DNA of 64,000 bases from Felis catus (taxonomy: Eukaryota). How positions within the stretch are numbered: position 1 is the stretch's first letter; every line of letters starts with the position of its first letter. Location of the stretch: assembly GCF_018350175.1 (NCBI RefSeq), contig NC_058377.1:61752001-61816000 (forward strand), in the 5' to 3' direction. The notes beneath the pieces were generated by a model. The model did not search any database, was not told the DNA's origin, and was given only the letters and a program-made list of their open reading frames with translations. Shown here in pieces: positions 1 through 13,015 of this stretch. The translations under genes and the position numbers were made by a program.

Positions 1-152
1 AGGAGGGTGCTGTTGCCTAAAAGGACAGAGATGTAGATGAGAAAGAAGGGTGTGGAAATCCAGTGGTGAGCTGCCTCCAAGCCTGGGAAACCAGTCAACA
101 GGAAGGAACTGGAATTGCCGTTCGGTCTCTCGTCGGGTTTATCCAAAGACAT
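1..152 (-). CDS. 5' end of a class I olfactory receptor, OR51B subfamily (OR51B5-like by position and strand); runs off the window start
   Basis: Not in the ORF track. Manual minus-strand translation from ATG at 152 gives [50 protein letters not shown], with an NSS sequon, the OR51B motif [15 protein letters not shown] and TM1 GN. It is divergent to OR51B6, as OR51B5 is in human. Confidence 0.85.
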   Translation of the reverse strand, partial: MSLDKPDERPNGNSSSFLLTGFPGLEAAHHWISTPFFLIYISVLLGNSTL

Positions 153-1344
153 GTCTTTTTTTTCTGTTATTACCACAGAAATACAGCTCCACTTTCAAGG
201 TATCCCTCCAACTATATCGTCTCAGAATTCTTTCTTAAAGGTAATAATGACATCAATATAAGCTATTGTTTCTCAAAACATATTCTCAAAACAAGTTGTA
301 TCTTCTGTGTTCTTAACTGCATATTCCTGGGACCATCCCTTAACTACTTAATTAAATCCTTGGTGTTTCATACGGTCATCTGCATTTTAACAGTCTCCCC
401 AGGAAATGTTTAATCCATACTACATTTAGAAACCATCTATATCAACTATACAGACTTCACAGAAAAAGCCCTATTTGGTGGATTTCAAGGAACCCAACCT
501 TGACCTAACTATACTTGTCTTCATGGTGATTCCTAACTCACATTATCCTGTATATGTGTGACTTTGAATTCTCAACAAAAGTTCCAGGGGTCTAAGAGAA
601 AAAAAAGGCATGGAAAGAAAAGCTGTACCACTACCACTGTTGCTCAGGAGCAGACAGATATGAGGAAGAGGTGCTGTGCCTTCCCAATTCATGGATCTGT
701 GTTGGAAAAACAAACATTACATTTTAATTAGCCTCCCCCTGGATACTACATAACTTTTAAATATCACTACAATAGCCTAATTTTAAGTTAGATAATTATA
801 GACCCTGGAGCTGGAATAAATACTTAGGCAAGCCAAGGACATGGCTCATTGACTTTATCCTTCAGTTTGAAAAAAAAAATTATCTTATTTCCATGTAATT
901 TCCTTCTCCCTCCCCATTATTTTTCTGTAGACCCACCCTAGTAACTCCCTAAAACCTGATTTCTCCCCTTTCAAGCTCTCCATTTGTGTGAAACATCCAC
1001 CTTCTTGATCTCCTTCCTTCTATATCCAGCTGTGGGCTTCTGAACCTGTCCTACCCATAATAAATGAGAGCCCTTCTGCTGCTTAAACAGAGTTGCCTGT
1101 TAGTGGAAGGAAAAGTTATGTCCCTTAAGAAGGTTTCATTGTCTCTTCTGCTACTAGATTATGGACTACTTGAATATAGAAACTATGTTTTATTTGCCTT
1201 ACTCAACACCTAGTGAAGTACCAAACATGTTGTGTATACATACACACATATTACATACATACATCAATTATATGTAAATACATGTATACATACATACACA
1301 TATACATGCATACACATACATTTATACAATTGTGCATATATACA

Positions 1345-2250
1345 TTAATTCACCCAATATGTTTTCAGCATCCACTATGTGATAGGGATGGCATATTAAG
1401 TACTGGGATTAAATGCTAATAAGACAAAGTCATGGATTTTATAAGCCATAAATTAGGTTAGAAAATAAATAAGAAATATTTAGATAAATATAAGTGCAAT
1501 TTTAAAATAAAACAGCACTATTTAATAGAGATTGATTGGGATGATATTGCATACAGTTTATTAATTTGGATGATCTGTCTCTGAGGAGGTGACATTTGAG
1601 CTAAAACCTGAATAACAATGAAGGTTGGCCATATGAAGATCTGGAGGAAGACTCTTCTATTTAAAAGGGAAAATTAGCATGTCTGTAGCTTGGTGAGCAA
1701 ACAAGACAGAGACAATAGGTACTTTCAGAGACCCAGGTGGTGGTCAAGGGCCTTATAGATAACATAGGGCCTTATAGACAACACTGGAACTCTGTTTTAC
1801 TACAGATGTGATGAAAACACATTGGACAATGTAAAAATCACAGTGGAGGAGGGCATAGTGACATACTGAAATCTGCATTCTTAAATTATCAGTTGGAATG
1901 CTTTGTGAGGAATGGATAATCAAGCAAGATCCAAGAAAGGATAGTAGTTAGAACACTATCAAAATAATCCAAGCTGGGGATGGTGATTATGACTAGGAAA
2001 GCAGTGGAAATAAAGAAAATTTAAACAGATATAGATACATTTTTTAGGTGGTACCAAGATTTGCTGATATATTGGAAATGGGAATGAGGGAGAAACAAAA
2101 TAAGACTGGCTCATTTCTTTGTGTGTGTGATTTATGGCTTGAGCAAATGGAAGGATGGTAAGGTCATTTACTCAATGGAGTAAGTCTGAGAGACATATAT
2201 TTACTCACAAGGAAATCAAGAGTCATCAGTAAATATGGTTGAATTGGAGC
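1345..2250 (-). mobile_element. Ancient L2 LINE fragment
   Basis: L2-like phrases such as gaggaggtgacatttgagctaaaacctgaa and gatggtaaggtcatttact. Boundaries approximate. Confidence 0.6.
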
Positions 2251-4310
2251 AAATGGATGTCCTTTTTTTTTTCTTTTTACATACCAGAACAGTTTATTCA
2301 AGCTTTTTTCCTAACTTAAAAACAGATATTCTCATTCAAGTATGCTTCTTTGAAGTTATTTTGCCAGTGGAAACCACCACCCTTAAGATGTTCTCAAAGA
2401 AAACCATCCTCTTACCTTGTACCTGTACAGATGAGATTGAACTGCAAGCTTCTAGCAATGAAGTGGTGCCAGACAACTGGGCATGAGATGTTGATTTAGC
2501 CCTTTGGGGCTGACACTAAGCAACATAAAACTGGCAGAATCATTTCTCATTCTCCACACTCTGTCTTCAGGATTAAGATACATAAATTTAGAGTTTATTG
2601 AAAATATAATGAGTATTGTTTATTTTTCAGTCACTGGATACAAAGATAATCCCACATAGGTGTTCCTCTTCTTAGGTATTCTAAATACAACCTCATTCCC
2701 CTTACTTCTCTGACTCTTAAGCAATGATCTTAACCCAATGTCTTAAGGCAATTTTGTGAAGAATTCTCATTGTAAAAGAATATGTAACACAGTAATATAA
2801 ATCACAATAAAGCTACTCAAAATGGAGGAGAACCATTCTATTTTTCCAATAACCTTCAATTCAGTTTCCTCTTCTCTATTTCCAAGAATTCCATTCAGAT
2901 CTAACTTGTACTTGGTGCTATGAGAAATTCACATGTCTTCAGCTAGGAGCTTCTCTTAGTTTCTGAGAAGAACATTGAAGAATGATTCAAAAGCTGAGTA
3001 AAGACCATAGGGGAGTAAAGAGGTTATGAAAATTTGGAATAGCACTAAGAAGAAGAATATATAGTTGACTAAATTCAGGCAATCTTCTACCATTTACAGC
3101 TATAACCATTCTCTACCTCATTTCAATATAGTGTGGGATTAGAGGTGCCTCTGTGATCATCCCCTAGAAAGGACAGGAGACATGTGAGAGGGCCAACCAT
3201 ATTCATACCATGGAGCACAGCAGGTGTCTCATATGCCCAGATACCTTTCCAAGTGCTACCAAATTCACTGAGATCTGTGCACTCATAGAGAGCCATGAGC
3301 TATAAAAATCCTTTCCTTCTTCTTCCCTCTGTTTTCTCTCTAGATAAGCTTATAGAGGAGTGCCCTAGTACCCTTTCCTATATATGCTGGGTGTTTGCCC
3401 ATACTCACATGCTGCCTCGCTTGGATGTTAGGGACAAAGAACGGGGTTCTTGGGTCCTGCCTGGGGACTCAGATCACATGGCTCCTTCTCAAAGTCAGTT
3501 AAGAGATGCAGTCAGTTGAGGCTATTAATGAAGAAAGCACCTCCCCAGAGTTTTCCCTTTTCCAGCCACTGTAGCTCTTAAAAAGCATTTTCTCTATCTT
3601 AACCCCTCCTGCGAAGGAGATGGAACATTTAACTAATCTCTCCAAGGTCTTAAAGCATCTTCTCCCAATCAGGTAAGGGGTTAACAGAGCCTCAGGTGGC
3701 AGCTTTATGTGTGAGAAATCAGAGTGCTTGTCTTTGTGGCCCCAGCAGACCTTGGTATCACCTATGGGAGACCATTTATCCTCCACATCTACTTCAAAGG
3801 TCAAATCTCTCCCAGTTGATCTCAGGAGAAAACTTAATGCATTTTATTAGCCTAAGGCTTTTGAATTAATTATATTTTCTGCTTGGTTTATCTCAAAGCT
3901 AGCTTGAAAGTGGAAAATTAGGTAGACTGGAGTCAATATATAAAAGTCAGTCAGCCTCCTCTAGTAACTAACATGAATCTTCAGTCCTCATTTTTCCCTG
4001 ATTGGCTTCACATCGCCAGAATTTTTGTTTGCTGGAAATGACATGAACATACCTATAACACAGTGCATGCCTCATCACTTCAGCCCCAAGGATGATAATA
4101 TCTGTGGTTTCTCCTTTGACCATGCATGGCAGGAACCATCTTCCCTGTTACTGGTTTTAGAGGAAAAGAAACATATAGTACTCATGAACAAATTTCCTGT
4201 CCCTAAAGATCTGTTTGGGTTTCTACCATGTTTTGTTAGGATTAAAGCAATGTTTAATGCAAATCTGAGATGCAAATGACTACTCTTAGAATCATCAGCT
4301 GGCTACTAAC

Positions 4311-4710
4311 TGTGATAGGCTGAATTGTGTCAACTTGAAAATATTCGTATGTTGAAGTCCTAACTCTCAGTACCTCAGAATGTGACTGCATTTGGAGCTA
4401 TGCCTTTAGGGAGGTTATTAAGTTAAAATGAGACTGTTAGACTGGGCCCTAATGCAATCTGACTTGTGTCCTCAGAGGAAGAGAAAATTTGGGCATGGAG
4501 ACAGACAACAGAGTGCAGAGGAAAAGCCTTGTGAAGACACGGGGAGAAGATGGCCATCTACGAGGCAAGAGAGGCCTCAGATGAAACCAACCCTGCCAAT
4601 GCCTTGATCCAGGACATCGAGCTTCCAGAACTCTGAGACAATAAATTTTTGTTGTCTAAGCCATGCAGTCTGTGGTACTTGGTTATTGCAGCTCCAGAAA
4701 ACCAGGACAC
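4311..4710 (+). mobile_element. MLT1 (MaLR) solo LTR, MLT1A/B-like
   Basis: tgtgataggctgaattgtgtc...cagtacctcagaatgtgact...gaagatggccatct...aataaatttttgttgtctaagcca...gtctgtggtact. Confidence 0.85.
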
Positions 4711-4739
4711 CAGTAATGTAAACATGGACAAATTACACA

Positions 4740-5238
4740 ACCAACCTGTTTAATACTGAATGTATATTTAGGTATAAACTTAATAAAAATTATACAAGAC
4801 TGGATGCTAAAAGTTACAAAATTCCAATCAACAATATCAAAGAAGACCTGTGTGAATGGAGAGATGTACTTCATGGATCAGAAAACTCAATATAGTAAGC
4901 AGGTCAATTTTCTCTGCTTACCAATTTCCCTGCTTTCCAATTGATCCATAGGTTTAGTACGATTCCTGGCAGTCACAGCAAAGTTTTTTTTTGTTGTTGT
5001 TGTTTTTTACAGACATAGGCTTATTCCAAAATATATATGGGAGACAAGAGATATAAATAGCTAAAACAATTTTGAAAAATAATAAATGGGAAGAATAATT
5101 CTGTTCAATGTTAAGGCCTAGTATATAGCTCTTGTAATCAAGGTGGTAATGGTATTGATGGAGGTACAGCTATACAGAAATATGGAACAGAATAGGAAAC
5201 CCAGAAATCAACTGACCTAGATATACTCAAATGATTTT
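4740..5238 (+). mobile_element. Old L1 ORF2 fragment (left part of an interrupted host L1)
   Basis: A-rich L1 ORF2-like sequence that resumes collinearly after 8167. Confidence 0.7.
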
Positions 5239-5832
5239 TTAATTTTCTTTTAGTTTTTATTTGCGAAAAATTTCCCCAGCTTTATGGAAATATAACTGAC
5301 ATAACAACATTGTGTGAGTTTTAAGATATACAATGTGATAAATTATATGCATATATATTGTACAATGATTAACACAATAATGGTAATAAACACCTCCATT
5401 ACCTCACATAATTACCACTTGTGTGTGTGTGTATGTGAGATGGGAACATTTAAGATTTACTCTATCAGCAACTTTCAAGTACATAATACAGTATTGTTAA
5501 CTATAGTCACTGTGCTGTGCATTGATCCCCCAAATTTACTCATCTTAAAACTGCAAGTTAGGTCCTTGTGGTCAACATCAGCCCATTCCTGACCCTCAAC
5601 TCCCAGCCCCTATCAACCACCATTTTACTCTTTTTCTGAGTTTGATTTTTTTAGATTCCACATATAAGTGAGATCATCCAATATTTTTCTTTCTCTATTT
5701 GACCTTATCATAATTTCACTTAGCAGAATGCCTTCAAAGTATATCCATGTTGCCAGGATATCTTTTAATGACTAAATAATATTCCGTAATATGTGTATGT
5801 ATACACATAAATGTATGTGTATACAGTAGCTG

Positions 5833-6020
5833 TTAAGCAACTGACTCTTGATTTCAGCTCAGATAATGATCTCATGGTTCGTGGGTTGGAACCCCATGTC
5901 AGGCTCTACACCAACAGTATGGAGCCTTCTTTGCATTCTCTCTCTCTCCCTCTCTCTCTTGCCCCTCCCCTGAACATGCTATCTCTTTCAAAATTAATTA
6001 ATTAATTAACTTAAAAAAAA
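5833..6020 (+). mobile_element. CanSINE, 5'-truncated
   Basis: tRNA-derived body, (CT)n tract and A tail. Confidence 0.8.
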
Positions 6021-6598
6021 GAAAACCTGATATATATTTTTTTCTTTATCCATTCATCTGTTGATAGTCACTTTGGTTGTTTCCATGTCTTGGTTACTGC
6101 ATATAATGTTACAATGAACTTGGAGGTTTAGATATCTCTTGAGATAGTGATTTCATTTCCTTCAGCTATATACCCAGAAGTTAAATGCTGGATAATATGT
6201 CAGGTCTATTTTTAATTTTTTTAAAGTAACCTCCATTGTGTTTTCCATAGTGGCTGTACCAATTGACATTTCCATCAACAGCACACAAGGGTTCCCTTTT
6301 CTCCACATCTTTACCAAAATTTTTATCTCTTGTCTTCTTGATAAAAGCCATTCTAACAGGTGTAGGGAGATATCTCATTGTGGTTTTCATTTGAATTGCC
6401 CAGATGATGAGGGATGTTGGGCATATTTTCATGTACCTGTTGGCCATTTATATGTCTTCTTTGGGAAAATGTCTCTGTAGGTCTTCTGCCCATTTACTAA
6501 TTGAACTGTTTGGTTTTTTGTTTTGTTTTGCTTTGCAAAAAAACTGTTTGCTTTTTTTTGCTTTGTTTGCAACTGAGTTGTATGAGTTCTTAAAATAT

Positions 6599-6747
6599 NN
6601 NNNNNNNNNNNNNNNNNNNNNNNNNNNNNNNNNNNNNNNNNNNNNNNNNNNNNNNNNNNNNNNNNNNNNNNNNNNNNNNNNNNNNNNNNNNNNNNNNNNN
6701 NNNNNNNNNNNNNNNNNNNNNNNNNNNNNNNNNNNNNNNNNNNNNNN
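6599..6747. other. Assembly gap (others at 7411-7569, 9340-9573, 46330-46489 and 49971-50099)
   Basis: Runs of N. Confidence 1.
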
Positions 6748-7684
6748 TTTGCTTTTGTTACTCGATCTTTTGGTGTCATATCCAAAATATTGTCACTGAG
6801 AACAATGTCAAGGAGCTTTTCTCCCATGTTCTCTTTTAGCAGTTTTATGCTTTTAGGTCTTACATTTAAGTCTAATTCATTTTGAGTTACTTTGTGTGAG
6901 TGTGTAAGATGGGGATTTAACTTCATTATTTTGCATGTGATTATCAAGTAGTCCCATCACCACTTCTTGAAGAGACTTTCCACTCTCTCCATTGAATATT
7001 CTTGCCTTTCTTGTCAAATACTAGTTGGCCATATATGTGTGAGTTTATTTCTGGGCTGTTGATTCTGTTCTATTGGTCTATATGTCTGTCTTCATGCCAG
7101 TAAAACTTTTTTGATTGCCCGAGCTTTGTAATAAAGTTTGAAATCATAAAGTGTGTGATGCTTTAGGTTTTATTCTTCTTTCTCAAGATTTCTTTGGTTA
7201 TCTGGGAATTTTAGTGGTGCGACATGAGCAGTTAGGCAAGAAAACTGTTTAAAAGTCATCCAAATTAGAAAGATAAAAATAAAATTATCTCTGTTTACAG
7301 ATGATATGATCTTATATAGAGAAAATCCTAAACACTCCATTACAAAAACTATTAGAAATAATAAGCAAATTCAATCAGGTTTCAGGGTACAAAATCAACA
7401 TAATAAACTGNNNNNNNNNNNNNNNNNNNNNNNNNNNNNNNNNNNNNNNNNNNNNNNNNNNNNNNNNNNNNNNNNNNNNNNNNNNNNNNNNNNNNNNNNN
7501 NNNNNNNNNNNNNNNNNNNNNNNNNNNNNNNNNNNNNNNNNNNNNNNNNNNNNNNNNNNNNNNNNNNNNATAAACTGAATAAGATACAAATAAATGGAAG
7601 GATATTTCATGTTCATGGGTAGGAAGAATTAATATTTTTTAAATGTCCATACTGCCCAAAGGCATCAAAATTCCAATGGCATTT

Positions 7685-7921
7685 GTTTTTTCTTTTTTAG
7701 AGAGAGAGAGAACACAGCAGGGGAGAGAGGCAGAGGGAGGGAGGGAGAGGGGGAGAGAGCAAGAGAGAAAGAGAGAGAGAGAGAGATAAAGAGAGAATCT
7801 CAAGCAGGTTCCACACTCAATGAAGAGCCTGATGCAGGGCTTGATCCCAAGACGGTAGGATCATGACCTGAGTTGAAATCAAGATTCAGATGCTCAAACG
7901 ACTGAGCCACCCAAGCAACCC
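7685..7921 (-). mobile_element. CanSINE (older subfamily)
   Basis: (AG)n tract and gatcatgacctgagttgaaatcaag; flanked by TCCAATGGCATTT. Confidence 0.85.
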
Positions 7922-7934
7922 TCCAATGGCATTT

Positions 7935-8150
7935 TTTTAAATTTTTTTTCAAGTTTATTTATTTTTGGGACAGAGAGAGACAGAGCATGAACGGGGGAGG
8001 GGCAGAGAGAGAGGGAGACACAGAATCGGAAACAGGCTCCAGGCTCTGAGCCATCAGCCCAGAGCCTGACGCGGGGCTCGAACTCACAGACCGCGAGATC
8101 GTGACCTGGCTGAAGTCGGACGCTTAACCGACTGCGCCACCCAGGCGCCC
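7935..8150 (-). mobile_element. Young felid SINEC_Fc
   Basis: CpG-rich, near consensus, ends caggcgcccc; TSD CTCCAATGGCATTTTT. Confidence 0.95.
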
Positions 8151-8166
8151 CTCCAATGGCATTTTT

Positions 8167-10050
8167 GAATTGGTTTCTGACAAACTTACAAAAGTAATTC
8201 AATGGAATAATGATAGCTTCATCTAAAAATAGTGCTGGAGTAATTAGCCATCTCTGGGGAGGGGGGTGGAAGGAGAAATACTCCCACTTTATACAGAATT
8301 AACTCAAAATTAATATGGACCATAAATTTAAGTGTAAAATATGATACTCTAAAACTTTTAGAAAAATACAAGGGCAAATCTTTGGGGTCTAGGGCAAAGT
8401 GAAGAGTTATGTTTGACATGGAAAGACTTTGTTAAGAGAATGGAAAGATGAGCTACAAACTTCGAGAAAATATTTACAAACAACATATCTGACAAAGACC
8501 TAGTATATGGAATGTTTTAAGAACTCTCAAAACTTCATGGGGCGCCTGGGTGGCGCAGTGGGTTAAGCGTCTGACTTCAGCCAGGTCACGATCTCGCGGT
8601 CCGTGGGTTCGAGCCCCGCGTCGGGCTCTGGGCTGATGGCTCAGAGCCTGGAGCCTGTTTCCGATTCTGTGTCTCTCTCTCTCTCTCGGCCCCTCCCCCG
8701 TTCATGCTCTGTCTCTCTCTGTCCCAAAAATAAATTAAAAACGTTGAAAAAAAATTAAAAAAAAAAAGAACTCTCAAATATAGAAAAATCTAACAGTAAA
8801 ATCAGAAAATAAGCAGAAGACATGAACAAGCATCTCACTGAAGGGAATGCATAAATGGCATATAAATTCATGAAAAGATGCCGACATCATTAATTATTAG
8901 TAAAATGCAAAGTAGAACCACAATCAGATATTACTACAGCATTTCAGAATGGCTTACATGAAAAATGGCACCAAATGCTGTCAAAGATACAGAGGATTTG
9001 GAGCATTCAGACACTGCTGGTGGGAACAGAAAGTGGTACGGCCACTCTGGCAAACACTTAGCAGTTTCTTGTAAAACTAACCATGACTTACCTTATGGTC
9101 TAGCAGTTGTACTTTTGTGTATTCATCTCAGAAAAAATAAAAACATACACCAACCCAAAAACTTGTGCACAAATGTTTATAGCAGCTTTTTAAAAATAAT
9201 TGCTAAAAACTGCAAATAACCTAAATGCTCTCCAGTCACAGAATACTTAAACAAACTGACAAATCCATACAATGAATTGCTGCGCAGCAAAGAAAGGAAA
9301 CAAACTATTAATACATGCAACCAGTGGATACTTTTAAGANNNNNNNNNNNNNNNNNNNNNNNNNNNNNNNNNNNNNNNNNNNNNNNNNNNNNNNNNNNNN
9401 NNNNNNNNNNNNNNNNNNNNNNNNNNNNNNNNNNNNNNNNNNNNNNNNNNNNNNNNNNNNNNNNNNNNNNNNNNNNNNNNNNNNNNNNNNNNNNNNNNNN
9501 NNNNNNNNNNNNNNNNNNNNNNNNNNNNNNNNNNNNNNNNNNNNNNNNNNNNNNNNNNNNNNNNNNNNNNNNNGGGAGGGAGGACGGAGAGAGGGAGGGA
9601 AGCAAGAAAGCCAATTGAGTCTATTTATGTAATTTTCTTGAAACAACACAATTTTAGATACAGAACACAGATTAGTAGCTGGCCAAAGTTAAGAACAAGG
9701 GGAGGGAAAAAGGAAGAGAAGTGAGTATGTCTATAAAGGAGTAGCATTAGGTAGCCTCATACAGATGAGTCAGTTTGGTATTTTGGCTGTGGTGGTATTT
9801 ATAAGAATCTGCAATGTGACACAGTTGCATAAAACTGTATGCACATACATAAAAGTTGAGTGTATATAAAAATAAGTGCATATTTAAATAATCTCTGTGG
9901 ATCATACCACTGTCGATTTGTGGTTTTTGACATTATACTATATTTATGCTAGATGTTTTTATTGGAGAAAACTGGGTAAAACTTCCACAGGATCTCCCGA
10001 TATATATTTTTGCAACTTCTTATGAGTTAATAAGTATTTAAAAATAAAAA
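8167..10050 (+). mobile_element. Old L1 ORF2 3' end and 3'UTR (right part of the host L1)
   Basis: ORF 8965-9219 resembles the L1 ORF2 C-terminus. Contains a SINE and an N gap. Confidence 0.7.
8539..8768 (+). mobile_element. Young felid SINEC_Fc
   Basis: ggggcgcctgggtggcgcag...(CT)n...A tail; flanking repeat AAGAACTCTCAAA. Confidence 0.95.
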
Positions 10051-10331
10051 GATAAGAAAACAAATACCCTTAAATATAAGGTTTGTTTTGTTTGTTTTAA
10101 TGTTGAACTTGCAATGAAACACTCTACGTATATACTCCTGTGAAACTTAAGAACCCACACGTGCTGCTGGGAGCTGGTGGACCCTTGGAGATATTCCTTC
10201 AATACCTGGATAATATGCTCCAACTGTCCATTGGTCTGGGAGTGGTGGAAACAGTGATTAGACTAGGAGATATAAATCTGAAAATTTTTGGGAAATGACC
10301 TCCAAATATAGGGTATCAATAAGGAAGCTGT

Positions 10332-10742
10332 TGTAGACATGTTGCTCTGCAGGCTAGATTCCCCTTCAAGGAAAGACTTGCTGTCCAGCCCTGGGAGAGG
10401 GGTCACCAGACAGTCTCCAACTCTCAGCTTCTACAGGGTCTCTCAGCTTCAGGGTGCCATTTTGCCAAAGGTCATGACCTTATTTCTTAGGTGACAAAGT
10501 GAAGAGAGGTCTTAAAAGCCTGGCCATTTCAACCCCCACACGAGGTAATACTGTTGGGTAACAAATACTTGCGCCACAGTTTCTTGCTATGTTGGCTGAC
10601 ACTTTGTCAACCCATACTTCAGTTCCATTTCTTCCTCCGACAAATTCTGTCTCTTCCTTTCTTTCCAAAGCCTAACCTCTAATAACCAAACTTCACCCCC
10701 AACTCAGCTTTGTATCTGCTTCTGGAGAACCCACCCCGTGAC
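10332..10742 (+). mobile_element. Ancient ERVL-type solo LTR (LTR16-like)
   Basis: TG...CA termini, with agattccccttcaagga and 3' ctgcttctggagaaccca...gtgaca. Confidence 0.55.
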
Positions 10743-10989
10743 AGGAACATACTCAGCCTTCAGGTGTCTTGACAATCTGTGAAAGTATAAATTTCACTGC
10801 CCCACAAGAATGTAAGTGTTCTGGATAGAGAGCTACTGGAGGTGATAATCATGACTTTCTGCTGACAAAACCACGCTGTGACTATGTGAAAGGGTGCAAG
10901 AGGGTACCTCAAACTACAGGTCTTTCTGGGATCAGAACAGAATGTGGCCTAAACAAAGGCACAAAATTAATATGGACACCAAAATGGTT

Positions 10990-12090
10990 CTTGATCCCAA
11001 CTTTATACCATAGAAAAAATTCAGTTTGTGGTAAACTTAAAACAAAGCTATTGTAAAACAACAGAGGGATTTTTATTCACCAATTTGGGATTTAAATCTT
11101 CTTACATATTACACACAAATAAGAACCATAAATAAATCTGCATTAAAAATAACTTATTTTGTGAAAAAATTATAATAAAGAGAATTTTAAAAACGAGCTG
11201 TAGAGTAGCAGAGATATTTGCCATACTTATATTTGATACAAGACTCATATCAATAATTTATGACTAACACCTGAAAATCAATAAGAAAATGATAGCCCTC
11301 TTTTTAGAACGGGCAAAAGACTAAAACAGGTCCTTCACAAGAGGCAACTGACCAATAAATATATAAAAATGCATGGACATTATTGATCCTCAGGGAAGTG
11401 CGAATTAAAACCACAGTGAGATACCACAATACACTCAGTAGACTGACTTACAAAAACCCTGAAAATACCCAGTGTGATTAAAGATGTGAACCAGTTGAGA
11501 CTCATGAACTGCTAGTGGAATATAAAAATATGTAATCGCTTCAGAAAATACCTGGCAGAATCTATAACCATTGGTGAACATAGTCTTTCCAAAGACTTGT
11601 ATCCCTAATTAGTCTAACAGAAATTCATATGTACGTGTGCACAACGATCAATTGAACATGTACCAGAATGATCAGAGTAGTGTATCTGCAATAGCCAAGC
11701 TATCACTATTCTATTTTACTATTAAGAGTAGAAAAGTAAATATGGGCTATATACGTACAATGGGGTGCTATACAGAAATAAAAATGAACATTCTACTGCT
11801 CCATGCAAACACATGGATATTTCTCACAAACCTAATGAGGAGGATAGATGCCAAACACAAGGAGCACACAGAGTATGATTCCACTTACATAAAGGTTACA
11901 ACTGGGTAAAATAATCAAGTAGTTGGACTGCATAAGGGCACAAAAGGGGCTTTGCTGTGCTGGTAAAGGTGTGTTTCTCGTTATGGGTGGTAATTACCAT
12001 GGTGAATTTACTTTGCAACGAATTCATTGAGTTAGACCTTTATACTTCAGCTATATTTCTTGATGTAAATTTACTTCAATAAGTTTTTTA
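10990..12090 (+). mobile_element. Ancient L1 (L1ME-like) 3' fragment
   Basis: aattaaaaccacagtgagatacca and gagtatgattccacttacataaagg motifs. Confidence 0.7.
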
Positions 12091-12609
12091 CTAAAACAAA
12101 TGCTCATTGAATTATTTTCTGATTGTCTATTTAGGTTTATACATTTTCCCCAATACTGTTTTCATTGTAGCAATAATTACATGATCAAATAAATGTAAGT
12201 TAGTCTGTAATTAAATTAAATTGAATCTCATAATTTGCTTAATAAAAAAAAAGAATACATCTGTGCGTTTATCTGTATATCCTCTATACATCTATGACTA
12301 AAATCTAACACAGTGAATTTTTTAAAACTTTTTTCTAAGTAGAATGGTGTGTGTTGAGTTTGTGGTTTTAATTTGGAAATGAGAATTACTCTTCATCAGG
12401 GACACATCATTAAATTGCCTGTGACATCATCTACCTCCAGTAGCAGAAACTGGGGAATATGACATTGATTCTATAGTATAATCACTTGGATACCGATGTA
12501 CCATTAAATTGCAAAGATGAAATTTACTTCTCAAATAATTCACTGTTCAGTGGGGGAATCTAATCCAAAATATAAATAATTAAAATAAGTATAATTATGA
12601 CAGAGGTAG

Positions 12610-12830
12610 TAATAGCTGACATTGACTGAGTGCTTATTATATGTCAAGTACTATTCTAAGTGATTTATATTTAGACCTCACAATAACTTTATGCAATGGT
12701 GATTATCATTACATGCATTTTAGAGATATGGAACATAAGGTGCACTGCCGTTAATTTCTCAAAGTGTCAAAGCAGCACAGCAAGAGTCAGAGTCACAGTG
12801 TAAACCAAGTGCTCAAGTTCCAGCATTCAA
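12610..12830 (-). mobile_element. MIR fragment
   Basis: aatagctgacattgactgagtgctta...ctcacaataac...cattttagagat. Confidence 0.6.
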
Positions 12831-12834
12831 GATG

Positions 12835-13015
12835 TTTTAAAATATATATTTATTTATTTATTTTGAGAGAGAGAGAGCAGCAGAGAGGCAGAGGGAGAGA
12901 ATCCATGCTGTCAGCACAGAACTCAACATGGGGCTTGATCCCATGACTGCAAGATCATGACCTGAGCCCAGATCAAGAATCAGGCACTAAACCACCTGAG
13001 CCACCGAGGTGCCCC
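12835..13015 (-). mobile_element. CanSINE
   Basis: Ends gagccaccgaggtgcccc. Confidence 0.85.

Larger units (their letters stand above)
5239..7220 (-). mobile_element. L1 3' portion, antisense; contains a SINE and an N gap
   Basis: Minus-strand ORFs 6181-6447 and 6429-6947 resemble the L1 ORF2 C-terminus (MKTTMRYLPTPVRMA; LNVRPKSIKLLKEN). T-rich tail at about 5235-5260. Confidence 0.85.
7225..8166 (+). mobile_element. L1 RT-domain segment, probable inverted 5' part of the preceding L1; interrupted by two SINEs
   Basis: ctgtttacagatgatatgatcttatat encodes LFTDDMILY (RT motif), and the segment runs to atcaaaattccaatggcattttt (IKIPMAF). Confidence 0.75.

Noticed and set aside
8539-8630. tRNA-like A/B boxes
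   Set aside because: tRNA-derived SINE heads, not tRNA genes.
6404-9649. Long ORFs containing X runs
   Set aside because: Artefacts of translating through N gaps and L1 remnants.
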